DNA of 32,000 bases from Geotalea uraniireducens Rf4 (GTDB lineage: Bacteria; Desulfobacterota; Desulfuromonadia; Geobacterales; Geobacteraceae), in assembly GCF_000016745.1 (NCBI RefSeq), contig NC_009483.1:4320001-4352000 (forward strand). Reading direction: 5' to 3'. A model generated the notes under the pieces. The model worked only from the letters and a program-made list of their open reading frames with translations. It did no database searches and had not been told where the DNA came from. The position numbers and the translations under genes are program-made. Numbering within the stretch: position 1 is the stretch's first letter; each line of letters starts with the position of its first letter. Shown piece by piece: positions 21,758-30,955 of this stretch.

Positions 21758-23596
21758 CTACCGGCAGTCACTGCCGTCCGCCAACCTGAGTTTGCGCAAC
21801 CGCAGACATACCCCTCCTGCACCAAAGACTAAAAACAGCAGCGAAATTATCGTCGTCCCCTTGTATTCTACCGCATACACAACCGGGGTAAGCGCCAGCC
21901 GGCTCGCAATCCGCAAAGACTCATTCATGGCGACAAAATGGGCCAGCGGCGGACTCAGTCGGTAATAGAGCGCCACGAACGCCCTCCCCGGGACGCTGGT
22001 CATCAGGTATCTGTCCCTGAACTGCCGCAGCACCACCACTTTGGGGTGGAGATAACTGCCGTAGGCGGCCGTGGCAATGAAACAGCCGCTCTTGCCGCTC
22101 CCTGCTGACGATGCAGAATCTTGTAGTGGCGGAAGTGAAGAACCGTCGGTGTTGAAGTTTACCGTCTGTCCTTCTTGGGCGCTGTTGTTGCAGACCAGCA
22201 AAACAACTTCCGCAATGTCCGAATAGTTGAAAGATGGGATATTTATCGTTCCACTGGAAGGATCAAACTGATACTCAGTTATCCCCCCGCTTGAGTTCTT
22301 TTTAAAAGCAGTGACGGTTATACCGCTTGTTTTTGTCAACTTGAGCTGCATATTCTGCGGCGCAGTCGACGACGGCAGGAATTTAATATAGGCGAAGGAA
22401 TAACGGGGAAGCGTTACGCTCGGGGCCTGGGTGCTGGCGCTGTTTACCGGGTAATCGCTGTAAGTCGCGACAGGCATAACCGGATGCATCAGGCCGATCT
22501 CGCTTGTGTGGCTGGTCCAGTTACGCAGATAGAGCTTTTTGCAAAAGGAGAAGAAATCGTCCCCCAGCGCGCTCGATCTGGATTTCAAAACATCATCGAT
22601 AACCGGCAGCATCGGGATATCGCTGTTATTGTTGGCATTCCCCATCGCCTGGAGCCTTTCCCAAACATTTCTGATAATAACCGGCGAATTAAAGCGTTCT
22701 ACCAGATCGCGGTTGAATATCCAGCGACCGTATTCGCTGTTATCTCCTGTTTGGGCCGGCGCATCCAAGGCCATCGGTTTTCCCAGATAATTATGTATAT
22801 AATTGTAAAGCTGATTCACCCCGTCATAGACCTCGTCCTCCATCCAGGTGGAGGTCACCTCTGCGTACCAGATATCGAAGAAGAAATTGTAACCATACTG
22901 AATGGCATGGTGATACTCATGTGCAGCAGTTATCTGCAGTGCTTTTTCCGGGGTGTAATTTGTAATCTGATTACCAAATTCGGTTACAGAAAAATCATTA
23001 TCGATGGTAATGAAGCTCGTGAAAGATGACGAATTGAGTGCCACAGAGCTGTCAGTCTCCGTTACCCCAAACATTCCGCCACCAAGATTCTTCAAAAAGA
23101 CGTCATATGGTGCACCAGCAATAGTGGGTGCCGCAGAGTACTCCATAGTTATCACTTCAGCGCTGTAGACTTCCTCAAAAACCCTTCCAACGGTTTCAAC
23201 CCAATCAGGGATGCCATTACCGTTGGCATCAGTCAAAGGGGGCGCATCCGGGGCAATGGTAGTGTAATGTATATTGAAATGTTTTTGAGCTGAGAGAAAA
23301 ATATTATCCTGATTTCCCGATAAGGTTGGCTTTGCCAGGTACTTGGCCAATGCCGTCTGGGTCTGCGGGGCAAGCTGCAGCCAATCCCTCTTCAGACCGT
23401 GATAAAGCGGCGTCAGACAACGCTCGGCAGGCTGGGCAGTCTGGACCGCAACGACGCCTGCCGGCTGCAAATGCTTGCCGTAAATGGCATCGAACCGCTG
23501 AAGGTAGTAATCATCGAGGCTACCTGCCGCAGCCAATATGGGCAGCACAGACAGGAGGGCTGTGAACAATATTGTCCTGAAAAACGGCTTGAACAC
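21758..23596 (-). CDS. secreted HExxH zinc metalloprotease-like protein with C-terminal [11 protein letters not shown] module and TM anchor
   Basis: It has a signal peptide ([26 protein letters not shown]) and the [12 protein letters not shown] motif (HExxH). The C-terminus reads [29 protein letters not shown]...[12 protein letters not shown], followed by a hydrophobic helix and RLRKLR. The GTG start overlaps the upstream stop by 1 nt. Confidence 0.7.
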   Translation of the reverse strand: MFKPFFRTILFTALLSVLPILAAAGSLDDYYLQRFDAIYGKHLQPAGVVAVQTAQPAERCLTPLYHGLKRDWLQLAPQTQTALAKYLAKPTLSGNQDNIFLSAQKHFNIHYTTIAPDAPPLTDANGNGIPDWVETVGRVFEEVYSAEVITMEYSAAPTIAGAPYDVFLKNLGGGMFGVTETDSSVALNSSSFTSFITIDNDFSVTEFGNQITNYTPEKALQITAAHEYHHAIQYGYNFFFDIWYAEVTSTWMEDEVYDGVNQLYNYIHNYLGKPMALDAPAQTGDNSEYGRWIFNRDLVERFNSPVIIRNVWERLQAMGNANNNSDIPMLPVIDDVLKSRSSALGDDFFSFCKKLYLRNWTSHTSEIGLMHPVMPVATYSDYPVNSASTQAPSVTLPRYSFAYIKFLPSSTAPQNMQLKLTKTSGITVTAFKKNSSGGITEYQFDPSSGTINIPSFNYSDIAEVVLLVCNNSAQEGQTVNFNTDGSSLPPLQDSASSAGSGKSGCFIATAAYGSYLHPKVVVLRQFRDRYLMTSVPGRAFVALYYRLSPPLAHFVAMNESLRIASRLALTPVVYAVEYKGTTIISLLFLVFGAGGVCLRLRKLRLADGSDCR

Positions 23597-24096
23597 TAAT
23601 CCACCATCCTTTTTCCGCCCCGGATTGCGACAAGGGCGTTTTTTCCTTTTTCCACCCTGACCTTCCTGCTGAAGCCAGACATGCGCACCTCATAATCCGC
23701 CGGCGGCAAAGCCAGGATCAGATAACCTGCACTGTCCGTCCTTCCTGCGAGATTCAACTCCTTCCCCACAATCTCGACAACGACGCCACTCATGGGTATG
23801 ACGCCTCTTTGGGGCTTCAGTTTTCCCCCAGCACTCTGGATAAAGCAGAACAGGGTCAGGCTGCCGGTCCCCTTGGGGAGACGGTCCTCACGGGGTGTAT
23901 TGTCGGTCACTACAACCGGCAGATAGCCGTCACGCAAGGCAATTGCAGCACTGCCCGGAATTTCGGCTTCGCCAAAGTCCTTGCCGTTGAAGGAATATGC
24001 ATGCCATAACGGCGGCTTTTCTCCTGCGGCTACAGCCAAGGCGCCCTCCAGAAATGTTGAAAGAAAAACAAGCCCCCATACAAGTTGCCTGAACAT
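23596..24096 (-). CDS. small secreted protein with carboxypeptidase-regulatory-like (transthyretin-like) domain
   Basis: It has a signal peptide ([25 protein letters not shown]). [35 protein letters not shown] fits the CarboxypepD_reg pattern. GAGGA lies upstream of ATG 24096. Confidence 0.6.
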   Translation of the reverse strand: MFRQLVWGLVFLSTFLEGALAVAAGEKPPLWHAYSFNGKDFGEAEIPGSAAIALRDGYLPVVVTDNTPREDRLPKGTGSLTLFCFIQSAGGKLKPQRGVIPMSGVVVEIVGKELNLAGRTDSAGYLILALPPADYEVRMSGFSRKVRVEKGKNALVAIRGGKRMVD

Positions 24097-24244
24097 GGAT
24101 ATCCTCACAAGAAATTTTGTACAACAATGGCACAGCAAAATTTAAAAAGTCAACGTGAAAATCAACCGCCCCGACTATATTATGTTAGAAATGTCGCTGC
24201 CGCCACTTCCTCGTAGTAGCCCTTTTATTCGAAGTTTTTGCCCC

Positions 24245-24270
24245 AAAAAGGGCGGCACATGGCCGCCCTT
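24245..24270 (-). terminator. rho-independent terminator after the lipoprotein gene
   Basis: The minus strand reads AAGGGCGGC-CATGT-GCCGCCCTT followed by TTTGGGG (the T-run is partly within the stem). Confidence 0.55.
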
Positions 24271-24381
24271 AAAGCTTGATAATAGAACAAAACAGATACC
24301 TCCGGCATAGGCGGGGGGGGGTTACCTGAATGAGCCCCTTCGTCACAGCAGCGCCCAAATTCTCGTCTTTTTTTTGCCAGG

Positions 24382-25338
24382 TTAACAACGATAACCATTG
24401 GCGAGAGTGACATATTCTGCGGCTGTGAGCCCCGTGGTCGTTGCAGTCTGCGATATCGGCGGCGTGTAACCTTTAGAAGCTGCTGAAGTTGTGGTGGCGG
24501 CGTCTGTACTGGTAATGGTTTTGGTGCCGGAAACGGGCCCGATGGAATCATAGATGATTATCCGGATATTGTTGATTACCTGTGCTGATGTCCCTTCTAC
24601 AAAATCTTGGACGTCAACATTTTGCTTGATCGCTTCATTGACGATCAGGTAGCTGTTGACGAGGTCGGCTTTTGCCTGAGAGTCGATGCCGGCCAGCGAG
24701 CTGCTGGAACCGGGGTCCACGGTGGTTGCGAGCGTGCGAATCTCGTTTTCCAGGTATGACGGCCGTACGGCAGTGTGAATGGTGGCAGAGACAATCCCTT
24801 CAGTTACAGCAGCGGGAAGAAGATAATTTTCTTCACCCAGCTTGATAGCTACCGTGGCAAGGCGGAATGTGGATGTTAACGTCTTTTCCGCCATAACAAC
24901 TGCCGTAGTGGAAACCGGGTCGATTATTTGACCTTCTACACTTCCGGCAACGACTTTTTCCTTTTCAATCAGCTTTTTAACTATCTGGCCGGTTGAGGTC
25001 TTTACTGCCTTTAACACGTAGTCAACTTTGGGCGTCAAACCGGGAACTTCGTAGGAATAAAGCCGGGGTGTCTGTGCAACGTCGCATTGAGGATGTACGG
25101 ATGCAACTTTTTTCCCGTTAAGGTCGTAAACTTCTACCGCAATATCATTTTCTGTTACTACCAGTTTGGCGGTAGTCTTGGCGCTGGCGCTCGCGGCCGG
25201 AAATTCTACCGCCCCTTTAAGTGTTGTGGTAGCCGGACCGTTGTTCCCACCGCTGTTGCTGCCACAGGCTGCCAGTACAACAAAACTGAGCGTTACAACC
25301 ATAAAAGCGCAAATTTTTCGATACTCCGTTGTCTTCAT
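24382..25338 (-). CDS. hypothetical lipoprotein
   Basis: The signal peptide carries a lipobox (VVLAAC|GSNSGG). The mature protein is Thr/Ser/Val-rich, with an N-terminal segment (IAVEVYDLNGKKVAS...YSYEVPGLTPKVDYVLKAV) that looks like a beta-sandwich. I recognise no family. Confidence 0.65.
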   Translation of the reverse strand: MKTTEYRKICAFMVVTLSFVVLAACGSNSGGNNGPATTTLKGAVEFPAASASAKTTAKLVVTENDIAVEVYDLNGKKVASVHPQCDVAQTPRLYSYEVPGLTPKVDYVLKAVKTSTGQIVKKLIEKEKVVAGSVEGQIIDPVSTTAVVMAEKTLTSTFRLATVAIKLGEENYLLPAAVTEGIVSATIHTAVRPSYLENEIRTLATTVDPGSSSSLAGIDSQAKADLVNSYLIVNEAIKQNVDVQDFVEGTSAQVINNIRIIIYDSIGPVSGTKTITSTDAATTTSAASKGYTPPISQTATTTGLTAAEYVTLANGYRC

Positions 25339-25511
25339 AAGCCCTCCTTTGGATTCTCGACATTGCCTTTAGTCTTCATAAAAATTAAATTGTATGCATT
25401 ATGCAGATTTTACTGATTTACATAAAGAAATGCAAATGAAATCATTAGAAGTTGATAATTTGCAATTTAAAGCTCTTACTATTCATTGCAAGTCTATCAA
25501 AACTGAGTGTT

Positions 25512-25544
25512 ATTCATGATCTTCTGCAATCATGAATGTTTTTT
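25512..25544 (+). terminator. orphan plus-strand rho-independent terminator in an AT-rich spacer
   Basis: ATTCATGAT-CTTCTGCA-ATCATGAAT-G-TTTTTT. There is no annotated plus-strand gene upstream. It overlaps the stop of a 41-codon ORF (25394..25519). Confidence 0.45.
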
Positions 25545-25618
25545 CCAAATGAAACCAACAACTAAGGGATTACTTACTGGATACTTTTGAGGGTGATAAT
25601 AGCGGGGGGCAAACTACA

Positions 25619-25658
25619 GTTTCCCAAACACCCCCTTAAAAGGGGATGTTTGGGAAAC
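25619..25658. repeat. 40-nt near-perfect palindrome downstream of leuA
   Basis: GTTTCCCAAACA-CCCCC-TTAAAA-GGGG-A-TGTTTGGGAAAC. No U-run follows on either strand. Confidence 0.7.
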
Positions 25659-25759
25659 GCGGCCTCGTCTGATTTTAAATTTCAGTTGTAAAGCAAGATG
25701 GCTTTTGGGCTTATCTGTATAGATGAAAGTGTTGCCGGACTGAACCTGACTACACTCAG

Positions 25760-27310
25760 CTACAGGCTCTCCACATCTCTTTCCAGCCGAAAGAGGAGCC
25801 TGTTCAATGCATGAATGTAAGCCTTTGCCGATGCCTCGATGATGTCGGTGGATGCACCCCTGCCGATAACGGTGCGCGCACCGTCGGTCAGGCGCACGGT
25901 CACTTCCCCTTGGGCGTCGGTGCCACCGGTTATGGAGCCCACGTTGTACTGGAGGAGCTTTGCCTTTGTTTTGGTCAGCTTCTTGATTGCTTTCAGGGTG
26001 GCGTCCACCGGCCCGTCCCCAAGCTCCGCAGTGCGAACCTGTATGCCGTCGATCTCCATCTGCACGGTGGCCGTGGCTACAGCAAAGGAACCACAGGTGA
26101 CCGTGATATGGGAGAGCTTATACTTTTCCTCAGCCGTCAGCACCTCATCGGCAACGATGGCATCCAGGTCCTCGTCGAACACTTCTTTTTTAAGGTCAGC
26201 CAGAGCTTTAAAGCGATCGAAAGCACGGTTCAGCTTCTCGTCGTCCAAGTCGTATCCCAGCTCTTCCAACCGTTTCTTAAAGGCATGACGGCCGGAATGC
26301 TTTCCCAACACCAGGGCACTTGCTTTCAATCCCACCGACTCGGGGGTCATGATTTCATAGGTGGTCTTGTCCATCATCATCCCATGCTGGTGAATCCCCG
26401 CTTCATGGGCAAACGCATTGGCTCCGACAATCGCCTTGTTGGGCTGCACCACAATGCCGGTCACAGTGGTCAACAAGCGGCTTGCGGGAGTCAACTGCTC
26501 TGTCACCACGTTCGTCTTGAAGGGGAGGATGTCTTGGCGGGTCTTGAGGGTCATGACAAACTCTTCCAGGGAGCAGTTTCCGGCGCGCTCGCCGATGCCG
26601 TTGATGGTGCACTCCACCTGGCCTGCCCCGGCCTGGACAGCGGCAATGGAGTTTGCCACAGACAGTCCGAGGTCATTGTGACAATGTACGGAAATGACGG
26701 CCTTTTCAACATTGGCCACATTATCCTTCAGATACTTGATTATGTTGAAGTATTCGAATGGGATGGTATAGCCGACCGTATCGGGGATGTTCACCACCGT
26801 TGCCCCGGCGTCGATAACCGCACCCACTACCTCTGCAAGGAACTTGAGATCGGTTCGCACCGCATCCTCGCAGGAAAATTCAACGTTCGGCGTGTACGTC
26901 CTGGCCCGCTTCACAGCCTTGACCGCAGACTCCAGCACTTGCTTCGGCGTCATCTTCAGCTTGTATTTCATATGGATATCGGAGGTGGCGATAAAGGTAT
27001 GAATCCGGCCCCGTTCGCCCGCATACTGAAGCGCTTCCCACGCCCTGTCGATGTCCTTGAAGCTGGAGCGGCACAAGCCGGCTATTTCCGGCCCCTTAAT
27101 GGTCTGCGCGATCTTCTTGACTGCTTCAAAGTCTCCTTCTGAAGCGATGGGGAAGCCGGCCTCTATCACATCCACATTCAGCTTCTGCAACTGTTTTGCA
27201 AGCCGCAGCTTTTCATCGATGTTCATGCTGGCGCCGGGAGATTGCTCTCCGTCCCTGAGCGTGGTGTCAAAGATCTTGATTGTCTTGAGTTCCATCTTCT
27301 TCTTTGTCAT
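25760..27310 (-). CDS. leuA: 2-isopropylmalate synthase
   Basis: IFDTTLRDGEQSPGASM, HCHNDLGLSVANS and a C-terminal LeuA dimerisation/regulatory region are present. The protein is 516 aa. AAGGAGGAAG lies upstream of the ATG. Confidence 0.95.
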   Translation of the reverse strand: MTKKKMELKTIKIFDTTLRDGEQSPGASMNIDEKLRLAKQLQKLNVDVIEAGFPIASEGDFEAVKKIAQTIKGPEIAGLCRSSFKDIDRAWEALQYAGERGRIHTFIATSDIHMKYKLKMTPKQVLESAVKAVKRARTYTPNVEFSCEDAVRTDLKFLAEVVGAVIDAGATVVNIPDTVGYTIPFEYFNIIKYLKDNVANVEKAVISVHCHNDLGLSVANSIAAVQAGAGQVECTINGIGERAGNCSLEEFVMTLKTRQDILPFKTNVVTEQLTPASRLLTTVTGIVVQPNKAIVGANAFAHEAGIHQHGMMMDKTTYEIMTPESVGLKASALVLGKHSGRHAFKKRLEELGYDLDDEKLNRAFDRFKALADLKKEVFDEDLDAIVADEVLTAEEKYKLSHITVTCGSFAVATATVQMEIDGIQVRTAELGDGPVDATLKAIKKLTKTKAKLLQYNVGSITGGTDAQGEVTVRLTDGARTVIGRGASTDIIEASAKAYIHALNRLLFRLERDVESL

Positions 27311-27373
27311 GAATTCTTCCTCCTTTGATGATGCCCTTTAGTATCCCACATATCTACCTGAAAGCCATTGCCT

Positions 27374-27636
27374 AAAATAAAAAAGCCTCCACCCCAGTAA
27401 GGGGCGAAGGCTTGAGCTCCGCGGTACCACCCTCATTCATTCGCCTTAGCGAACCTCATTAAACCCTTGACGCGGGCAACGGCTCCAATTACTCAGAAAA
27501 CTTTACACTAACGTTTCTTTTCACGGAAGCAGCTCCAAGGCGAGTTCACCGCATCCACCTGCTGACTCGCACCGACCGTCAGCTCTCTTTAAGGCGAACA
27601 ACGACTACTATTCCTTTTCACAGCCTTTTTCCAATT
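27374..27636 (-). promoter_or_regulatory. T-box leader (tRNA-Leu sensing transcription attenuator) of leuA
   Basis: The minus strand carries these elements, in order: the AGAGAG box (AAAGAGAGCUG); a specifier-loop context GUGAA-CUC-G (the Leu CUC codon at 27544-27542); GAGUAAUUGG (AGUA box); CCGUUG (F-box-like); and the T-box core AAUGAGGGUGGUACCGCGGAG (27414-27436). The terminator GCCUUCGCCCC-UUAC-UGGGGUGGAGGC plus UUUUUUAUUUU (27374-27411) follows. Confidence 0.85.
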
Positions 27637-27642
27637 AAAGAG

Positions 27643-27672
27643 ATAATAAGAAAATCCCTCGGCATCTGTCAA
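27643..27672 (-). promoter_or_regulatory. candidate sigma70 promoter of the T-box/leuA unit
   Basis: The minus strand reads TTGACA (27672-27667), 18 nt, TATTAT (27648-27643). The -35 box sits in the loop of a 9-bp inverted repeat, GAAAATCCC/GGGATTTTC (27650-27681). Confidence 0.5.
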
Positions 27673-27747
27673 GGGATTTTCTTTGTCATTTCAATAAGTT
27701 TTATCATTTCAAACTAAGTTCAATATTACTGAATAACTTGGGCTCGA

Positions 27748-28545
27748 TTACCGAGACTTCTTTGCCGGCGGGTGCAATTCTTCGTGCCCCTTGTGCAGCG
27801 CCTTTTCCAGCCGCCTTCTTCGTGGCCAAGTCATGACAAAGCCGATCGGTCCTGAAAAAATATAGCAGGTAAAAATCACGAAGAGCATTATTATCGGTTC
27901 AGCAGCAATGACGATAAGGAGGATAACGGCCAGGACCAGAAAGGCAAACGGTTGGCGCTTGATCATTTCCGGGTCCTTGAAGGAATAGTAGCGGACGTTG
28001 GAAACCATGAGCAGGGCCAGGAAATATATGAGCAGCAGGATGGCCAGTTTTTTATAGGAACTAGGCCAGCCAAAATGTGAAAAAAGGAGTACCGTCGCAG
28101 AAACCATGCTGGCCGCGGCAGGGGTGGGAAGGCCGACGAAGCGCTTGCTCTCCACCGTATTTACCTGCACGTTGAAACGGGCTAGGCGAAGGGCGGCACA
28201 GGCAACAAAGAGAAACGCAGCCAGCCAGCCCAGCCTGCCGAACGGCTTAAGCGCCCATGCATACATGAGAAGCCCTGGAGCCGCGCCGAAGGAAACAAGG
28301 TCGGCGAGAGAGTCGAACTCTACCCCGAATTTGCTGGCAGTGCCGGTCAGCCTTGCCACCTTGCCGTCAAGACCGTCGAAAATGGAGGACGCGAGTATCC
28401 AAAGGGCCGCCGTCCTGTAATCATAGTTCAGGGTGGAAACCATGCAGTAAAAGCCGGCAAAAAGGCTTCCGGCGGTAAAAAGATTGGGGAGAATATAGAT
28501 CCCCTTCCGCATCCCTTCGGACATGTCGATCTTTTCAGAGCTCAC
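27748..28545 (-). CDS. pssA: CDP-diacylglycerol--serine O-phosphatidyltransferase
   Basis: The CDP-alcohol phosphatidyltransferase motif is present: DGLDGKVARLTGTASKFGVEFDSLADLV. The protein is polytopic. Its ATG overlaps the psd stop (ATGA). Confidence 0.9.
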   Translation of the reverse strand: MSSEKIDMSEGMRKGIYILPNLFTAGSLFAGFYCMVSTLNYDYRTAALWILASSIFDGLDGKVARLTGTASKFGVEFDSLADLVSFGAAPGLLMYAWALKPFGRLGWLAAFLFVACAALRLARFNVQVNTVESKRFVGLPTPAAASMVSATVLLFSHFGWPSSYKKLAILLLIYFLALLMVSNVRYYSFKDPEMIKRQPFAFLVLAVILLIVIAAEPIIMLFVIFTCYIFSGPIGFVMTWPRRRRLEKALHKGHEELHPPAKKSR

Positions 28546-29186
28546 GGTAAAATCCCCAAAATGGTTTCGCCGGCCACGGTTTTGTCGCCCATGGACACGC
28601 GCAGCTCGACATTCTTAGGCAGGTAGACATCCAATCGGGAACCGAATCGGATCAAGCCATACCGCTGGCCGCGCTGAAGCATGTCGCCAATTTTTGGATA
28701 ACAGACAATACGCCGGGCAATGAGTCCGGCAACCTGGACAACAACCATTTTTACCCCACGTGCTGTTTCCAGAACCAGGCCGTTCTGCTCGTTTTCAAAG
28801 GTGGCTCGCTCGTCGCGGACATCGAGAAACTTTCCCGGCAGATAAAACCTGTCCACCACCCTGCCTGAAACAGGCACCCGGTTGATATGGACGTTGAAAA
28901 CCGACATGAAGATGCTGATCTTCATCATTTCCTCGTCGAGATGGCTCTCTCGGGCATTGCCCAGGTAGATCACGACGCCATCCGCCGGAGACACCACCGC
29001 ATTTTCATCTCCCGGCGTAATCCGCTGCGGGTTTCGGAAGAAGAAGACAACAAACAGCGTGACAACCAGGAAAAATGCGGCGAGCACCTTCCAGGCAAGG
29101 AGAGCAAGGACCACGGTTATGAAACCGGCAATCGCAACAAAAGGATAACCTTCCGCTGCAATGGGGGTGTTTTTATTGCGCATCAA
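28542..29186 (-). CDS. psd: phosphatidylserine decarboxylase (short proenzyme form)
   Basis: An N-terminal TM segment, the YLPGKFLDVR and VQVAGLIARRI motifs, and the FGSRLDVYLP self-cleavage-type GS motif are present. The protein is 214 aa. Confidence 0.85.
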   Translation of the reverse strand: MMRNKNTPIAAEGYPFVAIAGFITVVLALLAWKVLAAFFLVVTLFVVFFFRNPQRITPGDENAVVSPADGVVIYLGNARESHLDEEMMKISIFMSVFNVHINRVPVSGRVVDRFYLPGKFLDVRDERATFENEQNGLVLETARGVKMVVVQVAGLIARRIVCYPKIGDMLQRGQRYGLIRFGSRLDVYLPKNVELRVSMGDKTVAGETILGILP

Positions 29187-29227
29187 TCTTCCTTATTTTT
29201 AGATTTCATGCATGCATTAACTGCAAA

Positions 29228-29284
29228 GAGGCCGGTCTTCGGGCTGGCGGCAATAAATGCCGATTATAGCCCGAATCCGGCCTC
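29228..29284. other. long imperfect stem-loop between ilvC and psd
   Basis: GAGGCCGGTCTTCGGGC pairs with GCCCGAATCCGGCCTC around an inner CGGCA-ATAAA-TGCCG hairpin. On the minus strand it is followed by UUUGCAG, so it is a weak terminator at best. Confidence 0.5.
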
Positions 29285-29305
29285 ACATGCAATGAAAAGA
29301 AGGTA

Positions 29306-30376
<1,071 letters not shown>

Positions 30377-30868
30377 TTAGCCTTTCCATCCCTTCGCGCC
30401 GCGACCTATGGCCACCGAACCGGTCCGCACCAACTCCTTGAGCCCCAGCGGTCGAAGCAGTTCCAGGATCGCATCGATTTTTGCCGGCGCGCCAGTTGCC
30501 TCAATTGTGTAAGACTTGGGTGTCACATCGATAATCTTGGCCCGGAAGATATCAACTATCCTGAGCACTTCGGCCCGGCTCTCATCCTCTGCGGTAACTT
30601 TAATGAGGGCCATTTCCCGTTCAATGGCGCTCCCCTCGACAAAGTCGATGACCTTTATCACGTCAATCAGCTTGTTCAGCTGCTTGGTTATCTGTTCCAT
30701 GATCTGTTCATCGCCGCGGGTGACGATGGTCATCCGGGAAATGGTTTCATCGTTGGTGGGCGCCACCGACAATGAATCGATATTAAACCCGCGACCGGAA
30801 AAAAGCCCGGCGACACGGGAAAGGACGCCAAATTCATTTTCTACGAGGACGGCTATTGTATGTTTCAT
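30377..30868 (-). CDS. ilvN: acetolactate synthase small (regulatory) subunit
   Basis: HTIAVLVENEFGVLSRVAGLFSGRGFNIDSLSVAPT (ACT domain). The protein is 163 aa. Confidence 0.95.
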   Translation of the reverse strand: MKHTIAVLVENEFGVLSRVAGLFSGRGFNIDSLSVAPTNDETISRMTIVTRGDEQIMEQITKQLNKLIDVIKVIDFVEGSAIEREMALIKVTAEDESRAEVLRIVDIFRAKIIDVTPKSYTIEATGAPAKIDAILELLRPLGLKELVRTGSVAIGRGAKGWKG

Positions 30869-30888
30869 GAAAATCCTCCGAAATCGCT

Positions 30889-30945
30889 GTAGGGACGAAT
30901 CTTGTACTCGCCCAGCAATCGGGCGATCACGAGGATCGCCTCTAC
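30889..30945. repeat. GTAG...CTAC imperfect hairpin in the ilvB-ilvN spacer
   Basis: GTAGGGACGAATCTTGTACTCGCCC-AGCAATC-GGGCGATCACGAGGATCGCCTCTAC. About 18 of 25 arm positions are complementary by hand alignment. Confidence 0.45.
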
Positions 30946-30955
30946 GAACATTACC

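Noticed and set aside
25811-27142. 443-aa ORF on the plus strand
   Set aside because: It is antisense to leuA. The translation is Gly/His/Leu/Asp-rich and shows no motifs.
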